64,000 nt of DNA from Candidatus Multivoradales bacterium. Lineage in GTDB: Bacteria; Acidobacteriota; Thermoanaerobaculia; Multivoradales; Multivoraceae. Each line of letters begins with the position of its first letter. The first letter of the stretch is position 1. The stretch covers positions 3,904,001 through 3,968,000 of the forward strand of contig CBDCWI010000002.1 in NCBI GenBank assembly GCA_965223325.1, read 5' to 3'. Under the pieces are notes generated by a model, which saw only the letters and a list, made by a program, of their open reading frames with translations, searched no databases and was not told the origin of the DNA. A program made the translations under genes and the position numbers. Below, one piece after another: positions 47,498 through 58,290 of this stretch.

Positions 47498-50400
47498 ATG
47501 GCCGGGGCCGCCGCCCCGACGGGGCGCCACCGCCGGTGGCGACGGATGCTTCGGACGTTCGTGTGGTCGGCGACGCTGCTGCTCATTTTCGTAGCGATCA
47601 CCGTCCTCTACCTGCGGTCGATCAGCTTCGAAAACCGCCTCACCGACCGGCTGATTCGCGAGGCCGAGGTTCGCCTCGAGCGCGACGTCGAGATCGACCG
47701 CGCGCGGGTCGAGTTCTTTCCACCCGGAGTGACCTTCGAGAATCTGCGGGTTGCCGGTCCTGATCGCGACGCGCAGCCGCTCTTTTCCGCCCGTCGGTTG
47801 GAGGTTGGAGTCGTTGGACTCGTTGACGCAGGCACTCTCTACCGGAGGTCGGTGGGAATCGGTCGCATCGTCGCCGAAGAACCGCGGATTCGCCTGGTCA
47901 TCGATGAGAACGGCGAGCTGCTTCTGCCACGGATCTTGCGTGGCGGTGGGGGAGAGGGTGCGATCCGGCAGGAGATACCCGTTGCCGGTGTTCTGATCAC
48001 CGACGGCTTGATCGAGCTCGACGGCAACTCGATACCTCTGAACATCCAGACCGGAGGCTTGCGGGTTCTGCTCGAACGCACTCCGCGCGGGCATCTGGTT
48101 GGCGAGGCGGCCGCGGAGCGCGTGCGGCTCATCGTTCCGAACGGACGCTCGGAAGGTGGCGAACTCCAGGGCACGGTACCGATCATTGGCAGTCTTCGCA
48201 CCCGTCTCGATCTCTCGACCGAGGCGGTCGCGATTGAGCGATTACGCTTGACTCGCCCTGATTTCGACCTGCGTGCTGACGGCCTCGTCTCCTGGGGATC
48301 GGAGGCGGCGCGAGTCGAGATGACCCTCTTGGCCGATGGAGACTTCGCGCAGTGGACCGAGTGGACTTTCCTCGAGCCGCTGGCGTCTGGTGCACCACTG
48401 CTCTCGGGGCCGTATGCCTGGAACGGAACGCTCGCCTGGGTCGGAGCGGAGAGTTCCGAGAGCGGCGCTCAGACCGCGGAGCCGAGTACCTGGAGCGTGG
48501 CGGGAAAACTGACAACGCCGCGCATGGCCGTCGAAAGGCTGGCCGTCCGTGCTGTCCTGGCCGACGTGGAGGTCGATCCTCAGCGCGTTGGCGTACGCCT
48601 CGTCGAGGCCTCCCTCCTGGGTGGCCGGGTCGTCGGTCAGGCCGAGATCGATCTGCGTGAGGTCTCCGAGACCGCCCGCACCGGTCGTGTCGACCTCCAG
48701 GCTTCGTCGGTCGATGCACGGCAGGTTATCCAGACGATCGTGTCCGACGTCGACCTGGCGGTCGGCGGCAGTCTCGAGGGACCTCTCCAGTACCGCTTCA
48801 GTCTCGACGATCCGTTGGCTGGCAATGGTCGTGCCGATCTGGTGGTAGACGCCGGAGTCGAACAAGGGAGCGGCCTTCGCCCGATGCGCGGCGAGTTGCC
48901 GCTCTTGATCGAGGCCGGAGTTCTCTCGAGTGAGGCACTGAAGGTCAACTTGCCTGGTCAGCGTGTAACCAGCCGCTTGCACGTCGATCTGCGCAACCTC
49001 GAGACGAGGTTGCAGGCGAACGTTCAAAGCTACGACCTTGCGGCGCTTGTTGCGCTGGCTCTCCCGCTTGCCAATGACGCTTCGGGTGAGGATCTGGCGG
49101 CCGCCGCGCCAGATGATCCACTGATCGGCTTTCGGCCCGTTGCGGGCCGCGGTGGGTTTGACGTCGATCTCCAGGTCTCCGAAAGAGCGACCCGAGTTGA
49201 CGTAGCGTTCGAACTCGACCAGCCGATGGCAGACCGCCTGGTTCTGGACCAGGCCAGCGGCACGGTGGCCCTCGCCAGTGCCGCCGACGGCAGGTTGGAA
49301 ATGCAGGGGCTCGAGGCAAGACTCGAACGCGGCGCCGGCGCGGCGCTCTTCATTGCCCGGCCAAGGCCTGCCGAAGCCCTCTCGCCAAGCCTTGACGAGG
49401 TATCGAGAGTCCATGACTTCGGCCTCGATCTCGAGGCCTGGCCGCTGCAGTCGCTGGTGCGCGCCATCACCGGGCGGCCGGCGGCGGGCAGCCTTGCGCA
49501 GCTCGACGGACAGGTTGGTGGTCACCTCAGGTGGCTGTTGCCGGCAAGCGGTCTCGCCGATTCTGCGGGCGAGATGAACGCCCGCGTCGAAGAGCTCAGC
49601 TATGGCGATCGCATTCAACTCGGAGCGGCCGAAGTGGTGGGAACCTTCGGTCAAAGCGACAGAGTTCCAGAGGGAACCCTCGGACTCAACATCCAGAGGG
49701 CGGTGCTCGACAGCGCGGCCGGTGCCGTCGAAGTTGCGGGGAGCATGGCCCTTTCGATCGGCGATGGCGGAGATCCGTCGGTCGGGCAAACCCCGGGGCA
49801 GGTCGATCTCTCCCTGGTGGGGAAGAACCTCGATCTCCAGGCTTCCCCGTTCGCGGAACTCCTTGGGCTCGATAGTGAACCACGCTGGCTGTCGATCACG
49901 GGCGTCGTTGACGGTTCGTTGACCGCGCCTGATGCCAACCTCGAGTTGTCGGTCACTCCAGACCTCGACTCAGTTGCCCTGGCCTCCGAGGAGTCGGCCT
50001 TGCGCGTGGACTGGCAGGGTAGCGACGGAGCCCTCCATGTCGAGGGGGCGCTACTCGACCTGGTGCGTCTCGAGGGTGGGGGGATCGCCAATCGGAACGG
50101 AGTGCACCTACGTGCGGAGGTTGGGGGTGCCACGCTAGGAGCGGTGGTGCGTGCCGCCCTTCTGCGCGCCGACTGGAACTCCGAAGACGACCTGGGAGTG
50201 CCAGGAGAGGATCCGCTCGACCGCATCGCGAGGGGTGAGCTCGAGGGTGAGTACCGCGCGACGCTCGAGCTGCGCGGCGGTCCGAGCGCGCCGACGGAAG
50301 CCTCTCTGCGCTTCGATGCACTGCGCGCTCGTCTTCCCGCGCCTGTCGACAGCAGCTCGGAAGAGGGCGCCCTGCAGCTGTCGGCCGAAGAGCCGTTTAC

Positions 50401-51877
50401 GGTTCGTTGGCGTGCGGCCGAAGCCGATGCTGGGGATCGACTTTCACTCGAGGGCTTGTGGCTGCGCGATGAGGCGAGTGGTGCCGAGGTCATTGTCGTC
50501 GGGTCAGCCGAGAGTAGTGCCTCGCCCGGCTCCTCTGGCGCCGGCCTGCCCGCAGTGTGGGCGCTCGACTTCGGCGTGCAGGGCACGATACCGGCCCGGT
50601 GGATTGAAGGGTTCGCTCCAGCGGTCGATCTTGACGGTCGCATCGAACTGCTGGCCGTTCTCGAAGGCACTTCGGTGGTGCCTGAGTTCGACGGTCAGAT
50701 GCGCATGGCCGATGGCGAAGCGCGTATCGATGGCTTTCCACATGCATTCGAGGACCTCGACTGGACGGCGCTGCTCTATCCCGATCGGGTGGTTCTCGAC
50801 CGCCTCAGTGGGCGTCTCGGTGACGGCCCCCTGCGCGCTTCGGGCGACGTCCAGTTCGTTCGCGACCCGCCGACACCGCCGGCGGTTGCCATGCCGCGGG
50901 TCCGCCTGGACGCACGCGTCGAGAACGCTTCACTGCGCTGGCCGGAAGGGTGGAGCATGCGCGGCGGCGCGGAGATCGCCTTCCGGCAGAGTGAAGCCGG
51001 AGATCGGGTCGTCGTCGGTGAAGCAAAGCTCGATCGCGCGCGCTCACTTTCGCAGCTTGACTTGAGCCTTCCGCAGCTTCTGCGTGGCATGTTCGAGCGT
51101 CGGCGACTCCAGGTACAGGATACCGACCCACTGCTCGACACTGTGCGTCTCAACGTCGAGATCGAGGGCAGTGAGGCACTGCGCATCGAGAACGACGTAG
51201 CGAGGCTCTCGGGATCGATCGATCTCATCGCTCAGGGCACGCTCGGACGCCCGGTTGTTTTCGGTGAGGTTGGACTCGACGCCGGCGGCACAGTCAGCTG
51301 GGGCGGCGAGGACTATGAACTGACCCGTGGCGTTCTCACGTTCTCGAACCCCTATGAAATCGACCCCTTGATCGACATCGTGGCGGTCACCAAGCGGCGC
51401 GACTACGACGTCGTGTTGGCGCTGTCGGGTGACCGCGAGCGACTCGAGGCTAATCTCACTTCCGACCCGCCGCTGCCAGAGCTCGAGGTCCTCAGTCTGT
51501 TGGCGGCTGGTGGCACCACCCCGGGCAGCGATACCGGTCTCGGACCGCAAAGGGCGGGCTCTCGGAGCGTCGACGCGGCCGATCTTCTCTACTCTCAGGC
51601 CTCGACGTTGGTTGGCGATCGCTTCACCCGCCTCTTTGGGCTCGACCGCTTCCGCCTCGACCCCCTGACGACCGGTGACACCTTGTCGAGCGCTCGCGTG
51701 ACGCTTGGGAAACGGCTTTCTTCAGATGTGTTTGTGACCTACTCGGCGGATCCTTCGTCGAGTGAGAACTCGATTCTCGAGGTCGAGTGGGAGGTCGACG
51801 ACAACGTGGTCCTCGTTCTGCGGCAGAACGCCGATGGAACCTATTCGGCTGATCTACGGGTGGAGCACGTCTTCTGA
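47498..51877 (+). CDS. TamB/AsmA-like translocation and assembly module protein
   Basis: N-terminal TM anchor, long beta-rich body, C-terminal LTSDPPLPELEVLSLL and TLGKRLSSDVFVTY. Confidence 0.85.
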   Translation: MAGAAAPTGRHRRWRRMLRTFVWSATLLLIFVAITVLYLRSISFENRLTDRLIREAEVRLERDVEIDRARVEFFPPGVTFENLRVAGPDRDAQPLFSARRLEVGVVGLVDAGTLYRRSVGIGRIVAEEPRIRLVIDENGELLLPRILRGGGGEGAIRQEIPVAGVLITDGLIELDGNSIPLNIQTGGLRVLLERTPRGHLVGEAAAERVRLIVPNGRSEGGELQGTVPIIGSLRTRLDLSTEAVAIERLRLTRPDFDLRADGLVSWGSEAARVEMTLLADGDFAQWTEWTFLEPLASGAPLLSGPYAWNGTLAWVGAESSESGAQTAEPSTWSVAGKLTTPRMAVERLAVRAVLADVEVDPQRVGVRLVEASLLGGRVVGQAEIDLREVSETARTGRVDLQASSVDARQVIQTIVSDVDLAVGGSLEGPLQYRFSLDDPLAGNGRADLVVDAGVEQGSGLRPMRGELPLLIEAGVLSSEALKVNLPGQRVTSRLHVDLRNLETRLQANVQSYDLAALVALALPLANDASGEDLAAAAPDDPLIGFRPVAGRGGFDVDLQVSERATRVDVAFELDQPMADRLVLDQASGTVALASAADGRLEMQGLEARLERGAGAALFIARPRPAEALSPSLDEVSRVHDFGLDLEAWPLQSLVRAITGRPAAGSLAQLDGQVGGHLRWLLPASGLADSAGEMNARVEELSYGDRIQLGAAEVVGTFGQSDRVPEGTLGLNIQRAVLDSAAGAVEVAGSMALSIGDGGDPSVGQTPGQVDLSLVGKNLDLQASPFAELLGLDSEPRWLSITGVVDGSLTAPDANLELSVTPDLDSVALASEESALRVDWQGSDGALHVEGALLDLVRLEGGGIANRNGVHLRAEVGGATLGAVVRAALLRADWNSEDDLGVPGEDPLDRIARGELEGEYRATLELRGGPSAPTEASLRFDALRARLPAPVDSSSEEGALQLSAEEPFTVRWRAAEADAGDRLSLEGLWLRDEASGAEVIVVGSAESSASPGSSGAGLPAVWALDFGVQGTIPARWIEGFAPAVDLDGRIELLAVLEGTSVVPEFDGQMRMADGEARIDGFPHAFEDLDWTALLYPDRVVLDRLSGRLGDGPLRASGDVQFVRDPPTPPAVAMPRVRLDARVENASLRWPEGWSMRGGAEIAFRQSEAGDRVVVGEAKLDRARSLSQLDLSLPQLLRGMFERRRLQVQDTDPLLDTVRLNVEIEGSEALRIENDVARLSGSIDLIAQGTLGRPVVFGEVGLDAGGTVSWGGEDYELTRGVLTFSNPYEIDPLIDIVAVTKRRDYDVVLALSGDRERLEANLTSDPPLPELEVLSLLAAGGTTPGSDTGLGPQRAGSRSVDAADLLYSQASTLVGDRFTRLFGLDRFRLDPLTTGDTLSSARVTLGKRLSSDVFVTYSADPSSSENSILEVEWEVDDNVVLVLRQNADGTYSADLRVEHVF

Positions 51878-54756
51878 TGTTGCTCACCTGTCGGGGTTTC
51901 GTGGTCGCTGCCCTTCTTGCCCTCCTGGTGGTTCCGGTTGCCGCACAGGACGAGGACGGTTTGGTGACCGCGATCGAAGTGCGCACGGATTCACGCTCGG
52001 CGGACCGGCGGGCGCTTTCCGACGCGATCGAAATCAACCTCGGCCAAGCGCTCGACCGAACCCTCGCGGCACGGACGATCGAGAACCTCTACGGGCTTGG
52101 CCTGGGCTCCGACATTCGCCTTTCACTGGTCCCTGCCCCAGAGGGCGACGGGCTGGTTGCCGTGTTCGAGATTCACTCCGACGTACGGCTCGAGTCCGTC
52201 GAGATCGCCGGTGTTCGGAGTCTTTCGCGTGGCGAGCTGTTCTCGGTCATCGAGGCACGCGCCGGCGAGCGCTTGCTGGAAGACAGGCTCTTGCGCTCAG
52301 TTTTTTCGCTGCGCGATCTATACGACGATGCGGGCTACCGCGACGCCCGAGTACGTCTTGCGGTGGATATAGACGAGACCTCGCGACTCGCAGCGGTGAC
52401 CTTTCATCTCGATTCAAGAGAGCGTGCCCAGGTCGCCGAGGTCATCTTCGACGGCGCCGTGACCGGCCTGCCCTACAGCACGCTCTTAGAACCGCTCGAG
52501 CTGGTTCCAGGGAGCGACTTCAGTCGCCGAGCGCTGCGCGAGGACGCCGATCGCCTCCGACGTCACCTGCAGGGGCTAGGCTACCGGCGGGTGCGCGTCG
52601 AAGCTTCGCGGGTCGTCGAGGGCGACGGTGGGTCCGCCCGGGGCGTCGAGATCCACCATCGGGTTTTCCTGGGGCCGCTGGTCGAGGTGGTCTTCGATCT
52701 ACCGGACGCCGATGACCGCAAACGTCTGGAGCAGAAAGGCATGTTGCCGTTTCTCGGCGAAGCCGGGCTCGATCAGGGCCTGCTCCAGGAGTCTGTCCAG
52801 CGCGTGCGAGCCGAGTATCAGCGGCGTGGCTACTACGATGTTTCAGTGACCGCCGAAACCGCGGTGCAGGAGGCTCTCCCCCATACCCCTCCGAGCGAGC
52901 GGGTGGGCGAGGTGGAGCAGGTGACCTTCACGGTCAGAGCGGGAGAACGCTACCGACTGGTTGGACTCGAGCTCGAAGGCAATACGAGCTATGCGGACTC
53001 CGTCCTGTTACCACTCTTTGAAACCGCGCCTGGGCGCGGTTTGGGGGGAAGCGGTCGCCTGGTGAGCGATGCCTTCGACGCCGATCTCGACAACCTGCGC
53101 GCCTGGTACGCCCTGCAGGGTTTCAGTGAGGCGCAGATCGGTCCTGCTGAGATCGAGCGCCGGCCACCCCAGCGCCAAGGGGAGCGCGGCGAGCTCGCGG
53201 TCGTTGTGCCGATTCTCGAGGGGCCCAGACAGCTGGTCTCTGGCCTGAGCCTGCAAATCGGCGCCGAAGGACCGGGCGCTCTCCAGGGCCGGCAGCTGCC
53301 GACCGCCGCCGAACTCGAAGCGGAGCTGCCGCTCGAAGTGGGCGGGCCCTTTCATACGCAGCGTCTCGAGCAGGCAGAACAGCGCATCCGCGCGGTTTTC
53401 GAGGCGGCCGGTTTCGATCGCGCGCTGGTTTCTTCGGACGTTGATTGGGGCACCGATGGCCAGCTTGCAGACGTTCATCTCGAGATCGAGCCCGGCGTTC
53501 GACGAGTGGTGGGTGGCGTCATCGTAAGAGGCAATCTGCTGACCCGCGAGTCACTGATTCGGCGCTCGATGGGTCTCGAGCGTGGCCAACCGTTCCACCG
53601 GGCACGGCTGCTCGAAGCGCAGCGGGCGCTCTACCGGCTCGGGGTTTTCTCGCGCGTCACCGTCGAACCGGGACCGCGTCGACTCAAAGGCGACGCTCTA
53701 GGCCTGGCCGCGGGAGAGGTCTCCCAGGAGGTCATCGTGCGCCTTGTCGAAGCGCGACGTTGGCGCCTTTCGTATGGCGCGAGCTGGAACTCGGAGGATG
53801 GCTTCGGCGGCCTGTTCGCCGCGTCGCGCTCAAACCTCTTCGGGCGGGGAGGCGCCCTGCAACTTGATACGCGTGTGAATCAACGCGAGGAGCGCTTCCG
53901 CCTGTTGTACGTCGACCGCCGCCCTGGGCGTGGAGCGACGACTCTGAACTATGCGCTCTATCGGATCTCAGAGGAGCTGTCGGAGTTTCAGTCCGAGCGC
54001 TTCGGCCTGCAGCTCGAAGCACAGCGCATTCTCGGAGGCGTGCGAGCGAGCGCCTTCTTCGACTACCGCAACGTTGATCTCGAGCTCGGCAGTGGCATCG
54101 ACCCCGATACCTCGGTCATTGGCCTGGTCGATCGCGAGCTAGCCGAAGTGGAGATCGCCAGTGTGACCGCGACGCTCTCGATCGACCGTCGCGATGATCC
54201 GTTCGAACCGCGGCGCGGCTACTCCGGGACCGTGCAACTCGAACAGGCCTTCAGCCTCTTTTCGGCCAAGGAAGAGTTCACCAAGCTCTTCGTTCAGGGT
54301 ACCGGGGCTTTCGACCTCGCGCCCGTCGGCGTTGTAGCGGCTAGCGTTCGTGTAGGTGGCATCGAGCGCGGTGGTGACGAGGCGGTGCCGATTTCGGAGC
54401 GCTTTTTCGCCGGTGGACGCACCACACATCGTGCGTTCGCGCGCGACGAACTCGGTTTCGTGGGAGAAACGATTCGCGAGGGGATTTCGGTGGGTGGCGA
54501 AGGACTGTTGCTCGGCAATCTGGACTTTCGCTTCCCGATCGCTGGGGCGTTTGGAGGCACCATCTTCTTCGACACAGGTGGCGTGTGGTCGGAATGGACG
54601 GACGTCGATCCTTCCGAGCTCCGCCATGGTGCCGGAGTCGGGGTTCGCTACCTGTCGCCAGTTGGACCGATCCGGTTGGAGGTAGGCTGGAAGCTCGACC
54701 CGGATGTAGACGAAAGCCGCAGCGTCGTTTTCTTGAGCTTTGGTAACGCGTTCTAG
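51877..54756 (+). CDS. Omp85-family (BamA/TamA) protein with multiple POTRA domains
   Basis: POTRA motifs (YQRRGYYDVSV, LYRLGVFSRV), ERFFAGG..HRAF, SPVGPIRL, C-terminal FGNAF. Confidence 0.9.
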   Translation: MLLTCRGFVVAALLALLVVPVAAQDEDGLVTAIEVRTDSRSADRRALSDAIEINLGQALDRTLAARTIENLYGLGLGSDIRLSLVPAPEGDGLVAVFEIHSDVRLESVEIAGVRSLSRGELFSVIEARAGERLLEDRLLRSVFSLRDLYDDAGYRDARVRLAVDIDETSRLAAVTFHLDSRERAQVAEVIFDGAVTGLPYSTLLEPLELVPGSDFSRRALREDADRLRRHLQGLGYRRVRVEASRVVEGDGGSARGVEIHHRVFLGPLVEVVFDLPDADDRKRLEQKGMLPFLGEAGLDQGLLQESVQRVRAEYQRRGYYDVSVTAETAVQEALPHTPPSERVGEVEQVTFTVRAGERYRLVGLELEGNTSYADSVLLPLFETAPGRGLGGSGRLVSDAFDADLDNLRAWYALQGFSEAQIGPAEIERRPPQRQGERGELAVVVPILEGPRQLVSGLSLQIGAEGPGALQGRQLPTAAELEAELPLEVGGPFHTQRLEQAEQRIRAVFEAAGFDRALVSSDVDWGTDGQLADVHLEIEPGVRRVVGGVIVRGNLLTRESLIRRSMGLERGQPFHRARLLEAQRALYRLGVFSRVTVEPGPRRLKGDALGLAAGEVSQEVIVRLVEARRWRLSYGASWNSEDGFGGLFAASRSNLFGRGGALQLDTRVNQREERFRLLYVDRRPGRGATTLNYALYRISEELSEFQSERFGLQLEAQRILGGVRASAFFDYRNVDLELGSGIDPDTSVIGLVDRELAEVEIASVTATLSIDRRDDPFEPRRGYSGTVQLEQAFSLFSAKEEFTKLFVQGTGAFDLAPVGVVAASVRVGGIERGGDEAVPISERFFAGGRTTHRAFARDELGFVGETIREGISVGGEGLLLGNLDFRFPIAGAFGGTIFFDTGGVWSEWTDVDPSELRHGAGVGVRYLSPVGPIRLEVGWKLDPDVDESRSVVFLSFGNAF

Positions 54757-54820
54757 TGAGAGGCACGACGCGCTGCCGTTCCCGTGGATGGGCGTACGCT
54801 CCAGGCTCGCTGCCGCGCGC

Positions 54821-55390
54821 CTACTCGAGTCGTTGGTGGCGCCCGCGGCTGTAGAGGGTCCAGGTCTTGCCCTCGTCACGAGAGATCTCCATCAACACGA
54901 CGTGTGAGTCAGGGCGGATCTCCTGGTATGTCCGTCGATACATCATCGTGCCGCCGTCTGGCCATGGGTGGGGTTCGATCTCCGTGAGTACCAGGTGACC
55001 GTCCTCGAAGCCACCGCGCAGGTGGTCGAAGTGCCCCATTTGGTCGACGGCGACCCATACGAACTGTTTCTCGAGCGGGCGGTAGGTGTACCAGATGCGG
55101 CCGACGTCACTGCCGGCTCCCGCTTCGAGCACCAACCCGCCGAGAATCGGTTCGGTCAGGAATGGCTCGAACCCCGCCTCTTTCGTGGAGGTGCGGCGGG
55201 TGACATTGCCCTCCGGGTCGAGAATCTCCCCCTCACTGGTCCAGCGGCCGAGCAGGAAGTTCAGCTGGTCCATCTCGGGCGGCCGCGGTGCGGATTGGAG
55301 CGGGGATTGTGCCGCCAGCGGCGTTGTGGCAGCGAGCGTCAGAAGGGCGGCGAGGACTCTCTGGCGAACACGGATAGGGACGGGCTTCAT
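54821..55390 (-). CDS. Secreted DUF1579-like beta protein
   Basis: Signal peptide, QLNFLLGRW, EISRDEGKTW. Confidence 0.65.
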   Translation of the reverse strand: MKPVPIRVRQRVLAALLTLAATTPLAAQSPLQSAPRPPEMDQLNFLLGRWTSEGEILDPEGNVTRRTSTKEAGFEPFLTEPILGGLVLEAGAGSDVGRIWYTYRPLEKQFVWVAVDQMGHFDHLRGGFEDGHLVLTEIEPHPWPDGGTMMYRRTYQEIRPDSHVVLMEISRDEGKTWTLYSRGRHQRLE

Positions 55391-55518
55391 TTGCGATCCT
55401 CCAAGGAAGGGTGTCTCCTGATCGAGCGACCTGGAGTCCCGCATACCTACGATGGATCGCGACCTTCTTCCATCACATTAGACTAAGAGGTTCATACATT
55501 AGCTCCAGGAACCTCACG

Positions 55519-56970
55519 GTGGACCCACGCCAAACACGCCGGGCAGAAGGCTCGGCTGCACACAGCCAGCGCTTCGGGAAGGACGGAGAGTTCGTTCTCG
55601 ATCTCGACTCGCATGAGCTCACGTGGAGGGGGAGGCGGCTCGCGCTCCGGCAGCAGCCGGCACGGCTTCTCTCCCTCCTCCTGGAGCGAGCCGGCACCGT
55701 GGTCACGCGTGAGGACATCCGTCGACATCTGTGGGGTGCTGGTCACCACGTCGACGCGAATCAGGGCATCAACAACGCCATCCGAGAGCTGCGAATGGTC
55801 CTGGGAGACAATGCCCAGGAGCCGCTCTTCGTGCAAACGGTCGCCCGGGTCGGCTACCGCTTCATCTCGCCGATCACACCGTCGCGGACGCACGACGCGG
55901 CACCCTCTCGCAGGTGGCTGCCGAACCAGCCAGTGGCAGCGCTGATCGCGACTCTCGGGCTCGCGACGTTGGTTCTCCTGGCCATCAATCTTCGGCAGCA
56001 GGGATCCGCGGCCACCCTTCCGACCGATGGGTCGGTGCGTGAAGCCTTCCTCAAGGGGCGCTACCTTCTCCAGCGCGGAACGCGCGAGGATGCCATCAGG
56101 AGTCTCGAGCACTTCGAGCTCGTCGTCGACCAGGAGCCCTCTTTCGCACCGGCCCATGCAGCTCTTGCCGAAGCGTACATTGCGACCCGAAATGGGGTTC
56201 CTAACGCTCGTCGCCTCGCTCGCCGAGCAGTTCGCGAGGCACTGGCTCGAGATGACTCTCTCTCGATCGCGCACGCTCTGGACGCAGAACTGATGCTCTT
56301 CGGTGACTGGGATCTCGACGGTGCCCGTACGGCCTTCGAGCACGCTATAGACCTCGACCCCTCGCTGGTGAGAGCGTGGCTCGGTCTGGCCCTGATCTCT
56401 TCGCTCGAGGCGCGTCATGACGATGCACTGGCCGAGCTGGCGCAGGCGCGCCAAATCGACCCGGTCTCCCCTCTCCTGCGCGGGGAACTGGGATGGTTCC
56501 TGTTTCGCGCTCGGCAGTTTGAGAGGGCCGCGAGTCGCAGTCGAGAAACGCTCGAGCTCGACCCCACCAACCTTCACGCGTCGTTGTGTCTGCTCGAGTC
56601 GTCGTTGCGGCTCGGTCATCTCGAGCAGGCCGCAGCCGAAGCATTGCGCTCGATGCGACTCGAGGGAGCAGCCTCCCCGTTCCTCGAGCGCCTGGCCGAT
56701 GCCGAAGCTGCGACCATCGTCGACGAGTTTCGTCGATGGCGGCTGAAACGCTTCAGTCAAGACGGCGAGCCACCGAGTTCCCAGCTCGCGATTGCCAATG
56801 CCGCACTCGGAGACGCCGAAGCCGTCCATGCGGCTCTCGAGAGTGCATATCGGGAGCGCTCTGCCTTCCTTCTCTACGTGCGGGTCGACCCACGTTTCGA
56901 TGCTTTCGCGAGCGACGCCCGATTCCAGAACCTGATGCGGCAGGTGGGAGAGCGCGTGTCGCACTCCTGA
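55519..56970 (+). CDS. CadC/OmpR-type winged-helix regulator with TM segment and TPR domain
   Basis: VVTREDIRRHLW, INNAIRELRMVLGD, TVARVGYRF; TM; TPRs; VDPRFD. Start approximate. Confidence 0.88.
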   Translation: MDPRQTRRAEGSAAHSQRFGKDGEFVLDLDSHELTWRGRRLALRQQPARLLSLLLERAGTVVTREDIRRHLWGAGHHVDANQGINNAIRELRMVLGDNAQEPLFVQTVARVGYRFISPITPSRTHDAAPSRRWLPNQPVAALIATLGLATLVLLAINLRQQGSAATLPTDGSVREAFLKGRYLLQRGTREDAIRSLEHFELVVDQEPSFAPAHAALAEAYIATRNGVPNARRLARRAVREALARDDSLSIAHALDAELMLFGDWDLDGARTAFEHAIDLDPSLVRAWLGLALISSLEARHDDALAELAQARQIDPVSPLLRGELGWFLFRARQFERAASRSRETLELDPTNLHASLCLLESSLRLGHLEQAAAEALRSMRLEGAASPFLERLADAEAATIVDEFRRWRLKRFSQDGEPPSSQLAIANAALGDAEAVHAALESAYRERSAFLLYVRVDPRFDAFASDARFQNLMRQVGERVSHS

Positions 56971-57069
56971 ATGCCGGGCGCTCCAGACCCTTCAGGGGAA
57001 AGGTGACCATGGAGAGATATGCAGAGTTGTCGGATCTTGGGTGACTGGAAGCTTGTATAGTCAGTTGAT

Positions 57070-58290
57070 ATGCCCGATTCGAAGAACAATGCTTTCGCCA
57101 GCGTGCCCGATGCGGTCGAGGCGATTCGCTGCGGGGAGATGGTCATCGTCGTTGACGACGAGGATCGTGAGAACGAAGGGGATCTGGTGCTGGCGGCTGA
57201 GAAGGTTTCCGCCGAAGCGATCAACTTCATGGCCCGACATGCGCGCGGGTTGATTTGCCTGGCGTTGACAGAGGAGCGTTGCGATGCGCTCGAGCTGCCA
57301 TTGATGGTCGAGGACAACACCGCTCCGCTTGGCACGGCGTTCACAGTCTCGATCGAGGCACGTGGCAAAGTCACGACGGGAATCTCGGCGGCCGATCGGG
57401 CGGCGACTGTGGCAGCCGCGATCGACCCGGCGACTGGGCCGAAGGATCTGCAGCGGCCGGGACATGTCTTTCCGCTGCGGTCGATGCCTGGCGGTGTGCT
57501 GAAGCGAACCGGGCATACCGAAGCCTCGGTTGATCTGGCACGTATGGCCGGCCTCCATCCCTCGGGCGTGGTTTGCGAGATCATGAACGAAGACGGTTCG
57601 ATGGCGCGCGTACCTGACCTGATTCCCTACGCGCGTGAGCACGGTCTCTTGATGATCACCGTTGCTGACCTGATTCAGTACCGGTTACGAACCGAGACCC
57701 TGGTCGAACGCTTCGCTGCGCCGCGCATTCCTACCCACTACGGCGAGTTCGTCGTCCACGCCTATCGCTCCCAGATCACCGGCGAGGAAAACATCGCCCT
57801 CGTCCGTGGAGAGATCGACTCCACGAAGCCGGTCCTCGTGCGGGTGCACTCACAAGACCTGATTGGCGATGTGTTCGGTTCATCGCGGGCGGATTCGGGA
57901 GGCCAGCTGCATACCGCCCTCGAGCGCATTGACTCCGAGGGCGCGGGCGTTCTGCTCTACCTCCTGCAGGAGGGTCGTGGGATTGGCCTTCTGAACAAAC
58001 TCAAAGCACTTGAGTTGCAAGAGGCCGGGCATGACACGGTGGAGGCGAACGAGCAGCTCGGTTTTGCTGCCGACCAACGCGACTACGGCATCGGCGCGCA
58101 GATTCTTCGCGATCTGGGTGTGAGGCGTATGCGTTTGATGACCAACAACCCGAGCAAGTACGTAGCACTCGATGGCTACGGTCTCGAAATCGTCGAACGC
58201 CTGCCGCTCGAACTTCCGCCCTCGGATGATAGTCGGGCGTACTTGAAGACCAAGCGCGAGAAGATGGGGCACCTGCTCAAGTTGATCTAG
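57070..58290 (+). CDS. ribBA: DHBP synthase fused to a GTP cyclohydrolase II-like domain (zinc Cys lost; RibBX-like)
   Basis: RibB: DDEDRENEGD, TAFTVS, RPGHVFPL, GHTEA, CEI. RibA-like: VRVHSQDLIGDVFGSSRADSG, QEGRGIG, MTNNP. Confidence 0.9.
   Translation: MPDSKNNAFASVPDAVEAIRCGEMVIVVDDEDRENEGDLVLAAEKVSAEAINFMARHARGLICLALTEERCDALELPLMVEDNTAPLGTAFTVSIEARGKVTTGISAADRAATVAAAIDPATGPKDLQRPGHVFPLRSMPGGVLKRTGHTEASVDLARMAGLHPSGVVCEIMNEDGSMARVPDLIPYAREHGLLMITVADLIQYRLRTETLVERFAAPRIPTHYGEFVVHAYRSQITGEENIALVRGEIDSTKPVLVRVHSQDLIGDVFGSSRADSGGQLHTALERIDSEGAGVLLYLLQEGRGIGLLNKLKALELQEAGHDTVEANEQLGFAADQRDYGIGAQILRDLGVRRMRLMTNNPSKYVALDGYGLEIVERLPLELPPSDDSRAYLKTKREKMGHLLKLI

Noticed and set aside
56971-57069. 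FMN riboswitch before ribBA
   Set aside because: The gap is only ~100 nt and I cannot see the full set of conserved RFN motifs.
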